Shown here: one piece after another, positions 27,961 through 42,168 of the stretch
Numbering within the stretch: position 1 is the stretch's first letter
How the letters are laid out: the number at the start of each line of letters is the position of its first letter
The notes under the pieces: generated by a model
The model's input: only the letters and a program-made list of their open reading frames with translations
Databases searched by the model: none
What the model was told of the DNA's origin: nothing
Program-made: the position numbers and the translations under genes
NCBI GenBank assembly: GCA_951406725.2
Contig: OX597818.1
Coordinates: 22,196,001 to 22,260,000 of the forward strand
Reading direction: 5' to 3'
Length of the DNA: 64,000 nt
Origin: Octopus vulgaris
Lineage: Eukaryota

Positions 27961-28317
27961 GTAAGTAAGTCTTTGATTAGCTAGAGTATTAATGTTCTGT
28001 TGATAAACTACCAGATTAAGATTCGTCACCACTATCATCATCATTAACAATAACACCATCAATAATCCCATCATCTGAAGATGGGTGAATTATATAGCTG
28101 GAATATCTCAGTTAGTGCTGACCTGGGGTTAAACAACAACTACCCACTAGGATTATCACCATTCATCCTTGTCAACATCATGCATTATCATCACCATTTT
28201 TTGTTGTCTATCATCATTAACAATACTACTCTATCATTATTATCTGCACTACCATTATCATCTTCACCATCATCAACCACAGCATCCTATTATTGTTCAG
28301 TATTAATTTGGATTTAA

Positions 28318-28549
28318 GGCGGCGAGCTGGCAGAATCATTAGTACACCGGGCAAAATGCTTAGCGGTATTTCGTCTGCTGTTATGTTCTGAGTTCAAATT
28401 CCGCCGAGGTCGACTTTGCCTTTCATCCTTTCAGGGTCGATAAATTAAGTACCAGTTACACACTGGGGTCGATATAATCGACTTAATCCGTTTGTCTGTC
28501 CTTGTTTGTCCCCTCTGTGTGTAGCCCCTTGTGGGCAGTAAAGAAATAA
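28318..28549 (+). mobile_element. tRNA-derived SINE (Meta/MESC-like core)
   Basis: A-box-like tggcagaatc, B box gagttcaaattcc, core gcctttcatcctttc.gggtcgataaattaagtacc. Confidence 0.88.
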
Positions 28550-29493
28550 CTATTAATTTGGATTTGATTGAGTGGATATGCAAAACATTAGCTGGTTATG
28601 TTGTCCTAATTTTGCATCTCATCTGTGAGGTCCAATGTAAGTCCAATATTTTGAGGTATGCTTTACTTGCAACTTGGTCAGCATCTAAAATGCACTTTCA
28701 TCAACACAGCATATTTTCGCCATGTGTGCACTGTTTACTTCAATACACATGTTGATAAATCTGATCATCTCTCCTGCTTAACTTGACCTGTACCTTTGAT
28801 TCCAGATCAATGATTTAGAAAATAATTTTAACTCTGCACATCCAGAAAGTCATTTTCAGCTCAATCCATTTCAAACCCAGTAGGTAGACCATCTGCACTG
28901 TCTGAGTGTTCTAGCAGCTTTCATCATAGCATCTATTGTATATATCTCATACACCCTACTTGCCTTGCATCCTCACAACTATTGCACATACCTTCTGTTG
29001 CAACAAATAGTAAAATTTTGCTCTTAACTGTTTCCATCCATATCCAAATTTGAGCAAAATGTATATATACAAAACTGAAGTGCGATCTTGAACATGTATA
29101 CACAAATATAGATCTATAGATTCACACACACACACACACACTGATATATTTAGCCTGGTGTCCTCATTTTGGTTGTTATAGACACAATGTTTTGGTTTTT
29201 GTATTTTCCAGGCTTCTTCAGGTGCCTGTCATATTTGGTATGTTTTTAGTCCATTGTCCATAATAAGGAGATTCTCTTTATTTGTTATTCTACTACCTGT
29301 GATGTGGTTAATTCATTGTACTTGATCCAGGGTATATATAACTTGACTGATCCTAGAGATTGATCCCATGTACACTTGCTAAATTGCTACACTTAGCACT
29401 TAATGCTTATACTCTGATAGCAGAAATTAGTGCTTATACAATGAGATAGCATAAATTAGGAACTGAAACTTAGCTTTTTATTTTTATGTCTGA

Positions 29494-29890
29494 TGGCATG
29501 ACAGTGTGGTAAGAAGTTTGCTTCCAAACCACATGGTTCCAGGTTCAATCCTACTGTGGGCATCTTGGGCAAGTGTCTTTTCTTATGCCCTCAGACTGAC
29601 AAAAGCCTTATGTGTGGATTTAGTAGTTGGGCACTGAAAGAAGCCTGTTATATGTATAAATGTATGTGTGTGTGTGTGTGTGTTTGTCTCTTACCACCAC
29701 TTGACAACCAGTGCCAGTATGTTTATATCCCCATAGCATAGTGGTTTCACATAGAGAATAATAGAATAAGTACCATGCTTTAAAAAAAAACATTAAGTAC
29801 TGGGGTTGATTTGTTCAACTAAAATTCCTCAAGGTGGCGCCCCAGCATGGACACAGCCTAATAACTGAAACAAGTAAAAGGTAAAAGAAA
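29494..29890 (+). mobile_element. tRNA-derived SINE (CORE-like family)
   Basis: Homologous to 59841-60215. Confidence 0.8.
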
Positions 29891-30389
29891 GAGAGTTACT
29901 TTTTTTTCTTAAATGAAAGCTCCCATATACTTTTATAACACAATGTCAAGTTTGTTCAGGAATTTATCATAGTCCAGTATATGTGCAGATTCTTTCAGTC
30001 AATTTATCTTCCTCTATTATTCCATATTCTTTATTTAGACTTTATTCCACAAGGAGTGGCAGCTTCCCTGGTCTCTCTATAAGTATAACCATGTCTGATT
30101 TTTCTGTCACTCAATGGATCACAGCTTTATGATATTCCTCTAGTCTTACTTTTAAGGTGTGATTAGTCTCATTTTTTATATTCAGTGCTAAAATGCATGC
30201 TCTTTGTCATGATATCTTCCGACAGAGGCTTATTCAAAAGTAGGTGTTTGGAACCAGAGAGCAGAAGTTTTTTGGACATGCCCCTAACATAAGATAGACA
30301 GATCTTAACAGATTTTAATTATATTTTCACCCTTCTCTGCTCTTGGAGGCAGATACTGAGCTTGCAGGGTAGTGGTGATTCTGAATCTC

Positions 30390-30871
30390 TCATCTCGAAA
30401 GAGTCCAGAAGCTGGCTACCCACATGGTTCTTGGTCTCAAGCATTTGTCTTATGAAGAAAGGCTGAAGACGTTCGACCTTTATTCTCTAGAAAAACGACA
30501 ACGCCGTGGTGATCTCATTCTTGCTCACAACATCATAAGCGGAAAGTGTAACCTCTCGAAAGAGCTGTTCTTCACTCCTACTCCAGAGCGTCGGCTGCGG
30601 GGTCACTCCGAAAAGCTCTATCTGCGACGATTTCATCTGAATCGAAGGAGAGGAGCTTTCTCTGTCCGGGTTGCGGATCCGTGGAATAAGCTGCCGGACG
30701 AGATAGTGAAGATGCCGACAACCGCTCGGTTCAAAGTCTCTCTTGACCAGAAATGGCCTGAACTCTTTGCATGAACACCACCCTGTACATAACTCCATGT
30801 CCCCCTACATGGCCTTGCTTTTTGCTTTTTGAGCCAAAAAAATTAACTTAACTAACTAACTTAACTTAACT
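30390..30871 (+). mobile_element. CR1-type LINE 3' end
   Basis: LERVQKLAT..GLKHLSYEERL..LYSLEKRQRRGDLI..RGHSEKL..FSVRVADPWNKLP; (TAAC)n-like tail. Confidence 0.88.
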
Positions 30872-31045
30872 GATCTTGATCATGTCTTGTTGGTATGTAG
30901 CTGGGCCATCACTTGTAGGCCACAAACGATTCTTTTCTTCACACTGCAAAAATGGTGTGAATCAAAGTTCAAGTATTGTTTGTGAATGCGGGTTTACAAT
31001 ACCAAATTTACTGGTATATAAAAACCCCCCTACACACACATAAAA

Positions 31046-31095
<50 letters not shown>

Positions 31096-31364
31096 AAAGA
31101 TAACTCTCGATAATGGTCCAATAATCTCTGCGAAGAAAAGATAACTCTTGTTTACGTTTAAGGGAAAGATAACTTTTAAAAAACCTTGCATGAAGTCATT
31201 CTTAGCTTTAAAAAAATTTGTTTTTCTTTTCCATTTTATTTATATTAACCCTTTTGTCTTGACACAATTTAAACTCTTTATTGTCTGTATATAGAGAATT
31301 TTTATGATAGTCATTTTGGAAAAATACACCTGTTGTTATATTATTATGTTTTCCAATATATAAG

Positions 31365-31718
31365 AAGTTCGATTCACGACAACATGGTTTCTGGTTCAGT
31401 CCTATTGTACAGCACCTTGTCTTCTTCCTTGGTAGAGAAATCTTTATAGTAGCCTGTTGTGTGTGTATGCGTGTGTGTGTGTGCTCGTGTACACACACAC
31501 ACACTTGTGTATGTGTTTGTGTGTGTCTTCTCATGGCTTGACCTCTATTGTTGCTTTTGTTACTTCCATGTGACTTAGCAGAAAAAAAGAAGGACTGATA
31601 CAAGTACCTGACTTCAAAAAATATAAAGTACTAGGATCCGTTTGATTGACTGAGTTTTTCAAGTTAGTGTTCTAGTACTCCAGTCCAGTGGCTGAAACAA
31701 GCAAAAGAATAAAAGAAT
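31365..31718 (+). mobile_element. Decayed CORE-like SINE
   Basis: Homologous to the 59841 family. Confidence 0.65.
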
Positions 31719-32037
31719 ATATTGCATTAAGTCTCAAAATCTTTCATGATACATTGGTAACTTGGTCAAAAACACTCCTATTGCCAGTAAATATCTTTTT
31801 AGAGATATGTCTTGGTTACAGATATTCTCTTTTGATAAGAAGATTATAGAAGAAGTCAACTGTATGATGGAAAATATCTATGCTTAAAGCTATGCAATAC
31901 TAGGAAAAAATATATAGACATGCATTTGTATTTTAGATATCCTATGATTTAACACTTATGAGTTTTACTCTGAGTTGTAGACCACAAATAACTGATAGAT
32001 AATATCTAACTTCAAAATAATAATAATTATAATAATA

Positions 32038-32544
32038 CTAGCAGTATCGCCCGGCGTTGCTCGGGTTTGTAAGGGAAATAACTATATAAGCATTTTTAGA
32101 GAGTTACTTCCCTTATAAATTCGGGCTTTCTTAGCCATTTTTGTTTTGGTGTCTTCAAGCCGTGAAGTCGTTGTTCTAAAAGAACGCTGGTTTCCTTCAC
32201 AACGCATTACGATGTTGATTTCTTTACACTCCCTTCCCCACAGCTTCACGAGGGAGGGAAGGGGGAGAAGCAAACAGGTGCAGCTGTGAGCGTGGACACC
32301 AACTCCACCGCCATCGACACACGATGCATTTTATGCATTAAAATGGAATAAAAAATGATGTTAAATTATTTTTAAAATCGTAGACTCATCGTTGACGCGC
32401 GCTAATAGTCAGACGGGCTCGATATGAATCACGACTATAAGATACCCGAATTTGGTTAAACTGCACCGCAAAATGTGGGAGGAGTTAGGAATCTAAATCG
32501 AAGGGGGACAGACACTCACACAACTAGAGTTTTATATATATAGA
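32038..32544 (-). mobile_element. Non-autonomous Helitron
   Basis: Minus strand begins TCTATATATATAAAA and ends with hairpin cccgagcaacgccggg followed by CTAG; inserted at A^T with no TSD. Confidence 0.85.
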
Positions 32545-33184
32545 TATAGAGAAAGAACGTTTTTAAAGCATGGATTAAATGTTGAAATCAGAGGACTTTC
32601 CTTTTTCTCTGTCTCTCTCTCTGTCTCTCTCTGTCTCTCTCTCTCCCTCTCTCTCTCTCTCTCTTTATTTTACTTAAAAAACAAAATACTATTAAACTGG
32701 ATGTGCGTCTTCCAAATATTTTTTCTTAGCTGTATATGTACAACTTTTACAGTTATAAAAACCCATTGATTGTTTCTACAATACTTGAACATCATATAGG
32801 TTTTGCTTGATTTGCTAGAAATAGCTTGCAATTCTTCCTCTACTGTTTTAAACAAGGCAGAATACATTGGATAATGTAGTCCTAGATATATTATGTCTGA
32901 AATTAAGACTGAATGATTGAGCTATGATACTTTTAATCATTGGTTAAGTTGATCATAGTGGATTTGAGGTTCATGCTCATCATTAAGGGGTGCACTGGAT
33001 GGCATTGCCCTTCACTATTCAATGGTGCATCCTCAGATTTAGAAAATATAGTTTACAAAATCTTTCTGCAATACAAATTAATGCCCATCCAAAATATTTC
33101 AAGGTACCAAAGTCTGGCAACAGGCTGCTGATGCTAATCAACAAAGCCCACATGTGTGCATGAGCATGTGCACGCACGCACACA

Positions 33185-33253
<69 letters not shown>

Positions 33254-33312
33254 CACACGTATGCCTATGGTTACCATCTACCCAATTACACCTTTTTTCT
33301 TTGTTTTTGCAG

Positions 33313-33396
33313 TTCTTACACATGTGCAACTTACTCCTTGATTAATATGCCACTATCTGATGTTGCTGATGAAAATGCTGCCACTTATAACCGACC
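33313..33396 (+). CDS. MFSD13A: TMEM180/MFSD13A-like, coding exon 3
   Basis: tttttgcag|T...CGACC|gtaagt, 84 nt, phase 2/2. Reads SYTCATYSLINMPLSDVADENAATYNR, matching the family 'D-x-x-DE-x6-R' loop motif. Confidence 0.88.
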
Positions 33397-33413
33397 GTAA
33401 GTATTAATATTAT

Positions 33414-34080
33414 TGGTGAGCTGGCAGAATCGTTAGCATGCTGGACAGAATGCTTAGCTGTATTTCGCCTGTTGCTACATTCTGAATTGAAATTCTGCCT
33501 TTCATCCTTTCAAGGTTGATAAATTAAGTGTGAACCACTAGGGTCGATATAATCAACAAGTCCTCTCTCCAAGAATTTCAGGCCTTGTGCTTATACTAGA
33601 AAGGGTTGTCATGACTGTTATTATTAATAAGGAAGTGAGCTGGTAGAATCATTAGCACACCAGGCAAAATGCTTAGTGGGATTTTGTCTCTCTTTGTATT
33701 ATGAGTTTAATTCTGCAGTGGTTGACTTTGCCTTTCATCCTTTTGGTGGTCAATAAAATAAGTACCAATTGAGCACTGGGTCAATGTAATCGACTTATCA
33801 TCTTCCCCAAACTGCCGGCCTTGTGCCAAAATTTGAAATCATTATTATCATTATTAAGGTGACAAGCTGACAGGATCATTAGTGGATCAGACAAAATGCT
33901 TAATAGCATTTCTTCCAATTCTTTATATTCTGAGTTCAAAACCTGCTGATGTCAGCTTTGACTTTCATCACTTCAGGCTTGATCAAACAAATACCAGTCA
34001 AATATTGAGGATGATGTAATTGACTTGTTTTCTCCCCATGAAATTGCTGGTCTTCTGCCAAAATTAGAAAAATTACTGTT
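33414..34080 (+). mobile_element. Three head-to-tail Meta-like SINEs
   Basis: Repeated gagctggcagaatc...ccttgtgc units separated by (ATT)n. Confidence 0.8.
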
Positions 34081-34439
34081 GTTATTGTTATTATTAAGGC
34101 AAACATCCAGTCCACATTGTAAAGTGGTTGGTGTTTGGAAGGACATCCAACTGTAAAGATCATGCCAAAACAACCTCTCCTGTGTTTGTGCCACATAAAA
34201 AGTACTTTGTTTACTCTGTCAAGTAGTTGGTACTAGGAAGGGCACCCAACTGTAAAAACCATACCAAAACAGATGCAGGATTCTGGTGCAGGTTCATGCC
34301 TGGTCAGCTCCTGTCCAACCAATGCCAGCATTGAAGGTGGGCATTATACTATGATGTTGATGATGATGATGAGTGAACTAGCAGAATTGTCCATATGTCG
34401 GAGAAAATGTTAAGTGACATTATTTCCAAATAATAGTAG

Positions 34440-34770
34440 GGTGCCAAGAGCACCATCCGAGCGTGATCGTTGCCAGAGCACCTAACTGGCTTCCATGTTG
34501 GTGGCACGTAAAAGGGCACCATTCGAGCATGATCATTACCAGTGTCACCTTACTGGCACCTGTGCCGGTGGCATGTGTAAAAAGATTCGAGTAAGGTCAT
34601 TGCCAGTACCGCCTACACTCTTGGAATGGTTGGCGTTAGGAAGGGCATCCAGCTGTAGAAACTCTGCCAGATCAAAACTGGAGCCTGGTGCAGCCATCTG
34701 GCTCGCCAGCCCTCAGTCAGAATTGTCCAACCCATGCTAGCATGGAAAGCGGACGTTAAACGATGATGAT
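34440..34770 (+). mobile_element. RTE-type 3' end (same family as 4089-4532)
   Basis: gtggcacgtaaaag repeats, aggaagggcatccagc, (GAT)n tail. Confidence 0.75.
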
Positions 34771-35147
34771 GGTGCTAATGAATTACATTTTGAGTTCTCA
34801 TGTCACTGAGGTCAACTTTGCCTTCCACCCTTACTAGAGTCACTGTAATCGACTTCCTTCAAAATTACTGTTCTTTTGCCAAAAATTAGAATGATTTTAT
34901 TATTAAGGTGCCGTGGCAGAATTGTTAATGTAACAGACAAATTGCTTGGTGGCATTTCTTCTAACTCAGTTCAAATCCCACTGAGGTCAGCTTTCTCTTT
35001 CCACTTTTAAGTGTTGATAAAATAAAGTACCAGTCAAATACTGGAATTGATACAACCAACTTGTCACCTGTCAAATTATTGGCCTTGTGCCTTTTGTTGC
35101 AATGATGATGATGATGATTATTATTATTATTATTATCATCATCATCA

Positions 35148-36620
35148 AGGCTGCTCTTTGCTGCCTTCCTGTTGGACTCCATCTTTGATGAGGAGGAAGA
35201 CATGATGATACCAACATTGTGTGTGCAATTGAAGTGATTAGTTTACAAGTCCAGCCTACAGATTCGACTTTAGTCAGAAAGGAGTCCTCTAAAGATCCAG
35301 TTTTGGCACAAGTGATGCATTTTACATGAGGTCTTGACTCTGATGCTCCAGTAGAGCAATTCCAAAACGTTCCCAATCTTTGAGCACATGTCATGGATGG
35401 TTACTGTATGATACAAGACTAGTCATTCCTACCAGTCTACGAGAACAAATCTTACATCTGCTACACACAAGTCAACTCGGTATGCAACAGCTGAAGCAGT
35501 TAGCACAAACAGCAGTACACTGGCCAAACATTGATGTGGAAATCATGGATCTTTGACGCCGCTGCACTTCTTGCTGTGAACACAGAAAGGCACCATTTAA
35601 ACCAGCAATTCATCCATGGGTAATGCCTGAAAAGCCTTGGTCACATTTGCATGTAGATCATGCCATCAACTTTCTTGGGTGTAATTGGTTAGTAGTCACT
35701 GATGCATACATGCCACTACTTCAGTTTCCAGTAAGACTACAATGGATTTGTAAGAGAAATATTTTGCACACTTTGGATATCCACACACCATCATGTCTGA
35801 CAATGCCACCTGCTTTGCTTCTGAAGAATTTCAAAACTACTGTAAGGGAGAAGCATTGTTCATCTAATGGGAGCTCCCTATCACCCTTCAACGAACGGAG
35901 CTGCTGAGCACTTGATTCAAATTTTCAAGCAAGCGTTACAAATATCTTCCAAAACACCTAAAGAAGCTTTGCTGAAATTCTTGATGCAATTCAGGAGATC
36001 ACCTATTACTAGTGGCTACTCACCAAGTGAATTACTCAACAGTCATCAATTACGCACCAAGATTGACGTTTTGCTTCCATCTCCAGTTCATTTAGCCCAA
36101 TCCAAATTGAAAAGGACTACCGAGAGAGATGTAGTTAAAACTTCCAATTGATTTCAAGTCAGTGATCCATGCTGTGCTCTGTATTTTTGACCAATGAGAA
36201 ACAAAGATCCATGTTGGGTTCTAGCTATAGTTGTGAAGAAACAAGGAACGCGAATGTTTCATGTTCAAGTTGTACCTAGAGGTCACACTTGGAGACGTCA
36301 TCTAGAACAACTGCAACCTCGATATTCTTCGGAAGATGACCAAGAACTGGGAGATACACCTTCTTTCCGTGATTCAGAACCTCAAGTTATTGACGAATCT
36401 GCTCCTGAAGAAGAACCTGTTAGCTCATAATTACCACCTAGCAATAATAACTCAACTCCAGAATACAGTCATCAACATCCAAGAAGATCAATGAGCTGAA
36501 GAAAACCTCTGGACTATTATTTGTCATAATACTGATTTATTTGTGTTCAATTTTGTTGTGATACTGTGTAAATTACGTTTTATATTCCATACTTGTTGGG
36601 GTGGGGTGTTTTATTGGTCT
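35148..36620 (+). mobile_element. Decayed Gypsy/Ty3 integrase region, polypurine tract and start of 3' LTR
   Basis: HHCC remnant (LH...WPNID...CTSC), PEKPWSHLHVDHA, APYHPSTNGAAE, WRRHLEQL; PPT ggggtgggg at 36598-36606 followed by TGTT. Confidence 0.85.
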
Positions 36621-37662
36621 AATTTAGTTCTGTTCTGACTCGGTATTGAACTGAGTCTTGTTTAGTAAATATATTTGTATTTTGTTAATTTGTACAAATA
36701 ATAGTTCTAATTTGCATACTGCTTTGTTTTGCACATGGATTTTTGGGTTCTGCTTTAATCAGTGTGTATTTTTGAGTATATATTGCTCACATATTCACTC
36801 CATTATTAGTTGGCATTCAAGTAATGTAATAATTCTGTATTAAAATATAGCTATATATATATAGATTGTGCGTATATGTATACAGAAATCCATAGATATC
36901 TATACACACACACATATGTGTGTGTGTAGGTGTATGTGTATTGGTAATAAATTGGCATTGAGCAAAAAAAATATATTGAGACATTTTTTACCCTCTTTAT
37001 GTAGATACTGCCTTGTCACTTTTGTTATGAAAAATACACTGTAGCAATGACTGGCTTATTAGAATCCTTAATCAACAATGCCATTATTCATAACATGCAT
37101 GACATTATGCAAAAGTCAAACAATCTGCTGTTTTAACTAAACTGTTCAACCTATGTGACATTTACAATTGTCTGCCCATGTGGCAGTCTAAGTACCATGA
37201 CATTTACATGATAGCTTTTCTTTGTGTTTGGTAATTAGGCACCAATCATAGTAATCTTGTGCCAGTACAATATTAGTTTTCTGATATTGTCTTTCCAGTT
37301 TTTCTTTGAACTTCCTTGAGAGATATATGTTAGTAATAGACTAAGATTGATTGAGTCATCTGTACACCTTTGCATTCACACATGCACTTTGGCTTTGGCA
37401 GAGTGACAGACTAAATGCTGAAGCATTTAGTAGCATCTGGTTCATAAGCCAACACTTTATCAAGTTTACTAGCAGTCACTCAGGCTAGATTCACACTCAA
37501 CATCCAAAACAATTACAACATCTACAATCAGTTTACCAATTTATTGTCTTGCATTTGAAACCTTTGAATATTTACATATAACAATGATATCTTTCACTAA
37601 CATTATGCTCTCTTTTTTTACTTTTTGTTTCTGCTTCTCCAAAAATACCAAACAACATCTAG

Positions 37663-37939
37663 GAAACCAATTTCATCCATGATCTATGGAATGAGTGCAC
37701 TCATTGAAAAGCCAGCCATTTCAATTTCACCCATGTTCATTGTCAATATTCTCAACTCTTATGGCTACCAGCAGCTAAAGGAAGGAAAACTGTCTTTGTC
37801 CAAGACCAACATGTTGAAGTCCACCATGTTCAATCTGATATACATCATTCCAATTTGTATGGGTTGTGTCCAGCTGGTCATCTGGTCATTGTTCAGGCTA
37901 AGGCACACACACAAGAACTCTGGTGTGGGAAAATCATGA
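37663..37939 (+). CDS. MFSD13A: TMEM180/MFSD13A-like, terminal coding exon
   Basis: Pyrimidine tract, then catctag|G. Reads KPISSMIYGMSALIEKPAISISPM...QLVIWSLFRLRHTHKNSGVGKS*. Spliced CDS is 1395 nt (464 aa). Confidence 0.88.
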
Positions 37940-38082
37940 ACTTCGCAACTCTGCACTGGTCCTTGTTGATGAATTTCAGGTTGTGTGCCTAATTTAATCA
38001 TCATCATCATCATCATAGTCGTCGTCATTGTGATCATCATCATTATCATCACCATCATCATCATCATTATTATTATTGTATA

Positions 38083-39462
38083 AGGCAGCAATCTGGCAGA
38101 ATTGTTAGATTGTTGGACAAAATGCCTTGTGGTATTTCTTCCAGCTTATTACATTCTGAGTACAAATTATGCTGAGGTTGACCAATTGAGTACAAGGTGT
38201 CTATGTAATCAATTAACCTTCTCCCTCAAAATGTCAGGCCTTGTGCCTATAGTAGAAAGAATTATTATTATTATCAGTGGCAGAAGCAGTAGAGTGGTGA
38301 ATAAAATACCTTGTCATACTTAGTTACATCTTATTATGTTCTGAGTTCAAATTCCACTGGTGTGAATTTTGCCTTTCATCTCTGGGGTTGATAAAATGAG
38401 AACAGTCAAGTAGAGGTTTCATTTAAATCTACTACAATCCCTTTCATAACCTGGGCCATTATTATTTTTAGGGCAGTAGATTGGCTAAATAATTAGAGCA
38501 TCAAGTAAAATGACTTTGTCTCTGCTCTTCGCATTCTGATTTCAAATCCTGCCAAGATCAACTTTGCCTTTCATCCTTTTGGAATCAATAAAATAAAGTG
38601 CCAGCCATATACTGGGGTCAATTCAATCAACTTGTCCCCTCTCCTTAAATTGATGGCCCAGTGCCAAAATTAGTAAGATTTATTGTTGTTGTTGTTAGAG
38701 TGTTGGACAAGAGAATCAGTAGAGACTGGATAAAATATTTTGTGATTTTTATTCATGTACCTTTACATTCTGTGTTCCAATTCCACCCTAGTTAACTTTT
38801 TTTTTCCTCCTTCTTAAGGCCATTAAATAAATAGCTGTGTAAAACAGGAGTCAGTTCAGTCAAATACGCCTAAATGTATTGCCTTGTGCTTCTGTAAGAA
38901 AACATAACCGTCATCATTGTTATTATTATTTAGTGCCAGAAACAATAATGTCAAACTAATTGTCTTTCAGTTTTTAGCTATGTTTCTCTATCCTTCTAAA
39001 GTTGATGAAATAAGGCCAATTACTGGAGCCAATATAATCAACTATATACCTCTCTCTCTTCAAATACATGTGCTTGTGTTAAAAATTCATGGGGGCTGTG
39101 GTTTGACATTTGTTTCATTATCAAACAAAATGCATAATAAAATTTAGTTATAACATTTTATATTCTGAATTCAAATCCCACAATTTGAGTGTTAGGTTTG
39201 ATATCACTGACTGATCATTCCCCACAAATATGTGACTTTGTATTCATGACAAAAAAAAAAAACCTCGCAGAATGGTTAAATGTCTTGTGGGTAGTATTTT
39301 TTTCAGCTCTTTGTGGTATGAATTCAGATCTCACTGAGATCAGTTTTGCCTTTCATCGTTTGGGATCAATAAAATAAAGTACCATTTGAGTAGTGGGTCA
39401 ATGTAATCTTCCGTTTTCTGCTTCTCAAAATTGCTGGCCTTGTGCCTTAATCAGAAACCATT
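38083..39462 (+). mobile_element. Array of about six or seven decayed head-to-tail Meta-like SINEs just downstream of the stop codon
   Basis: Repeated ctgagttcaaattcc / tttgcctttcatc / ggccttgtgcc units. Confidence 0.7.
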
Positions 39463-39472
39463 ATTAATATTA

Positions 39473-39533
<61 letters not shown>

Positions 39534-39535
<2 letters not shown>

Positions 39536-39800
39536 AAAGCTTTTACATGCAAATTTAATTAGTAAGGATGTTATCATAAGATTTGATGACAACAGATCTC
39601 CTCAAATCTCAATAACCTTTGTTTAGATTCCTGCAGAATACAGGATAGCACTTTTCTACAGGTCACCAATATGTGTCTCAATTTCTATTTCTTTCAGCCT
39701 TTTAGATAGCAATTTGGGTGTTGCACAGAGTACACTCGTTACCACTGGTATAATTTTCACTTTTATGTTCCACAGTCTTTTCATCTCTGTGGTTCAATAA
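39534..39800 (-). mobile_element. Decayed R4/Dong-like LINE 3' fragment
   Basis: Minus strand KRLWNIKVKII resembles the 63778-64000 peptide; abuts a long (TAA)n. Confidence 0.5.
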
Positions 39801-40831
39801 ATAAATAATTGTTATACAGTTGGGTCTCATTTTAATCAGTCATATCCTTATTCTCATATCTCCTGCTAACAAATTTGTTATCTTGTGCCCACGTGTGAAG
39901 GTATTGTTTTGCTTAAGTTGGAGATTACTATTCATATCAGCTAGTTGCTGTCTTAGCCCCTTGTTTATCTTGACTGAACAGACTTATGATCAAAGATGTT
40001 CCACTGCATAAATATTCTGTCTGTTATTTTTCCTGTTTTTGTCAAGTTAAGTTTTTCAGGATTACATTGTATCCCCCCCCCCATTTTTTTTTTTTTTAAA
40101 TAAGTCTGATTTGAAGGATATTTAGCTTCTTGTTCTATTGAGGTGACTGCACACAACTAAATGACTTTTGATGATATTGGTGATGGCTATAATCTTGCTT
40201 AGCTGCAGATCATCTCTTATTAAGTATGAAGAAATGTATAGATGATTCACAATTTGTACAGATACAAGTGAGTATGACATTGTTGGCATAAGAGGGTAAG
40301 TTCTTAACAAAATAAATTAGGTGGTTTTGGTTTCAGTTTCCAAGTGAAACTTATTCTTGATTTTCAAAATTACCTTAGCATAATATATTTATATGAAAAC
40401 TCATGTCTTTTTGTAAAAAGAGAAAATGACTATATTATATTTTTAATTATATAAATATATGTATATGTTTATCATTTTATTGATTTTTTTTAGCTTTGTT
40501 TATTAAAAAAAACTCAACTGACTGAAAGTTTCTTACAAGTTTAAAAAGGAATCATGTTACTACTGCTGGAGAAATGCAAATTTTGCAGTGTGCATGTGTG
40601 TGTGTGTGTGTGTGTACAGATGCATGTACATGCATGTTATGTGTGTGTGTATATATATATATATATGTATATGTATGTATATATGTGTATATATATATGT
40701 ATGTATGTATATATGTATGTATATATATATGTGCATAAGAATGTGTGCGTATGCTTAACTCTGTTGCATATTTGTTATTTTATTTATTTTTGCTTATATA
40801 TATATATATATATATTGTGTGTATGTGTGTG

Positions 40832-42047
40832 TGCACCTCTTCTACCCTCATATACTGTATTAGATGCATCCTCTGAGGTAAACTATATGTAGGTCAGACG
40901 GGCCGCTGGTTGGCCGACTGGTTCACTGAACATCTAAGGGATGTTCGGCTACATTCGAACATCCCCATCGCCGGGTCACTTCCGCTTGGCCAACCACTCC
41001 TTCTCTAACATGTCCGTCTTTGGCCTCGCTCTGCACCATGGATCCACACACTCACGACTCCACCTGGAACAGTGTTATATTTTTAATCTACAAACAACTG
41101 TCCCCTTCAGACTAAACACAACCTCCCCCTCCTAATGACTGCCTCTACAACCTCCTGCAATAAGCAACTTTATTTCATTTTTTGTTTTTTTTTATTGTGC
41201 CATTTTATATTGTATTAACTTCTTCTTTATCCCCTATTAACCTTTTTTATTATAATTTATTACATTTTATTTTATTTCTGTATACACGCACACATTCACA
41301 CACAAACGTACATATACACACACACGAAGAAATACATGCCCCCATGCACACATACCTCCCACACACACAACACACACTCATACAGAAGCACACAATTACA
41401 CACACATGGACATAAGCACACACACACATAAGCACATGCATGCACACATACACACACATGCATATACACGCACATGCACACACTCATTCACACATAAGCA
41501 CACACACACACTTGCACACATACCTAACACTAACAACTCCACACACACACACATGCATACATACACACATGCATACAAATACACAACTACGTACACATAC
41601 ACATGCACACATGCACGCACACACAAAATGCACACACATACACACATGCACACACATATACATACACACACTCATACACACGCACAAATACCTCCCCCAC
41701 ACACATACATACACTCACACAATTATACATTCATGGACATACACACACGTACACACACACACACACACACACACAGAGTAATGCACATTTGCACCACAGA
41801 CACAATCCACACACAACCCCACACATACACATACATACACACAGATGCAGGCACACACTGCACACAAAGCACACACACAACATATACATACATGCACACA
41901 CACATACTTCAAGCTACCAGTTAAACACCTTTCTACTGGCCATTCTCCTATGCACATGCGAAGGGAGACACACAAAAGACAGCCACTCCTACCAAAAATT
42001 CTTACTATAAATTCTTCCTACACACACACACATATAAAACGCCAAAA

Positions 42048-42086
<39 letters not shown>

Positions 42087-42132
42087 AACAGCCAAAACCA
42101 CACACACACATATACATACATACACATGCTTT

Positions 42133-42168
<36 letters not shown>

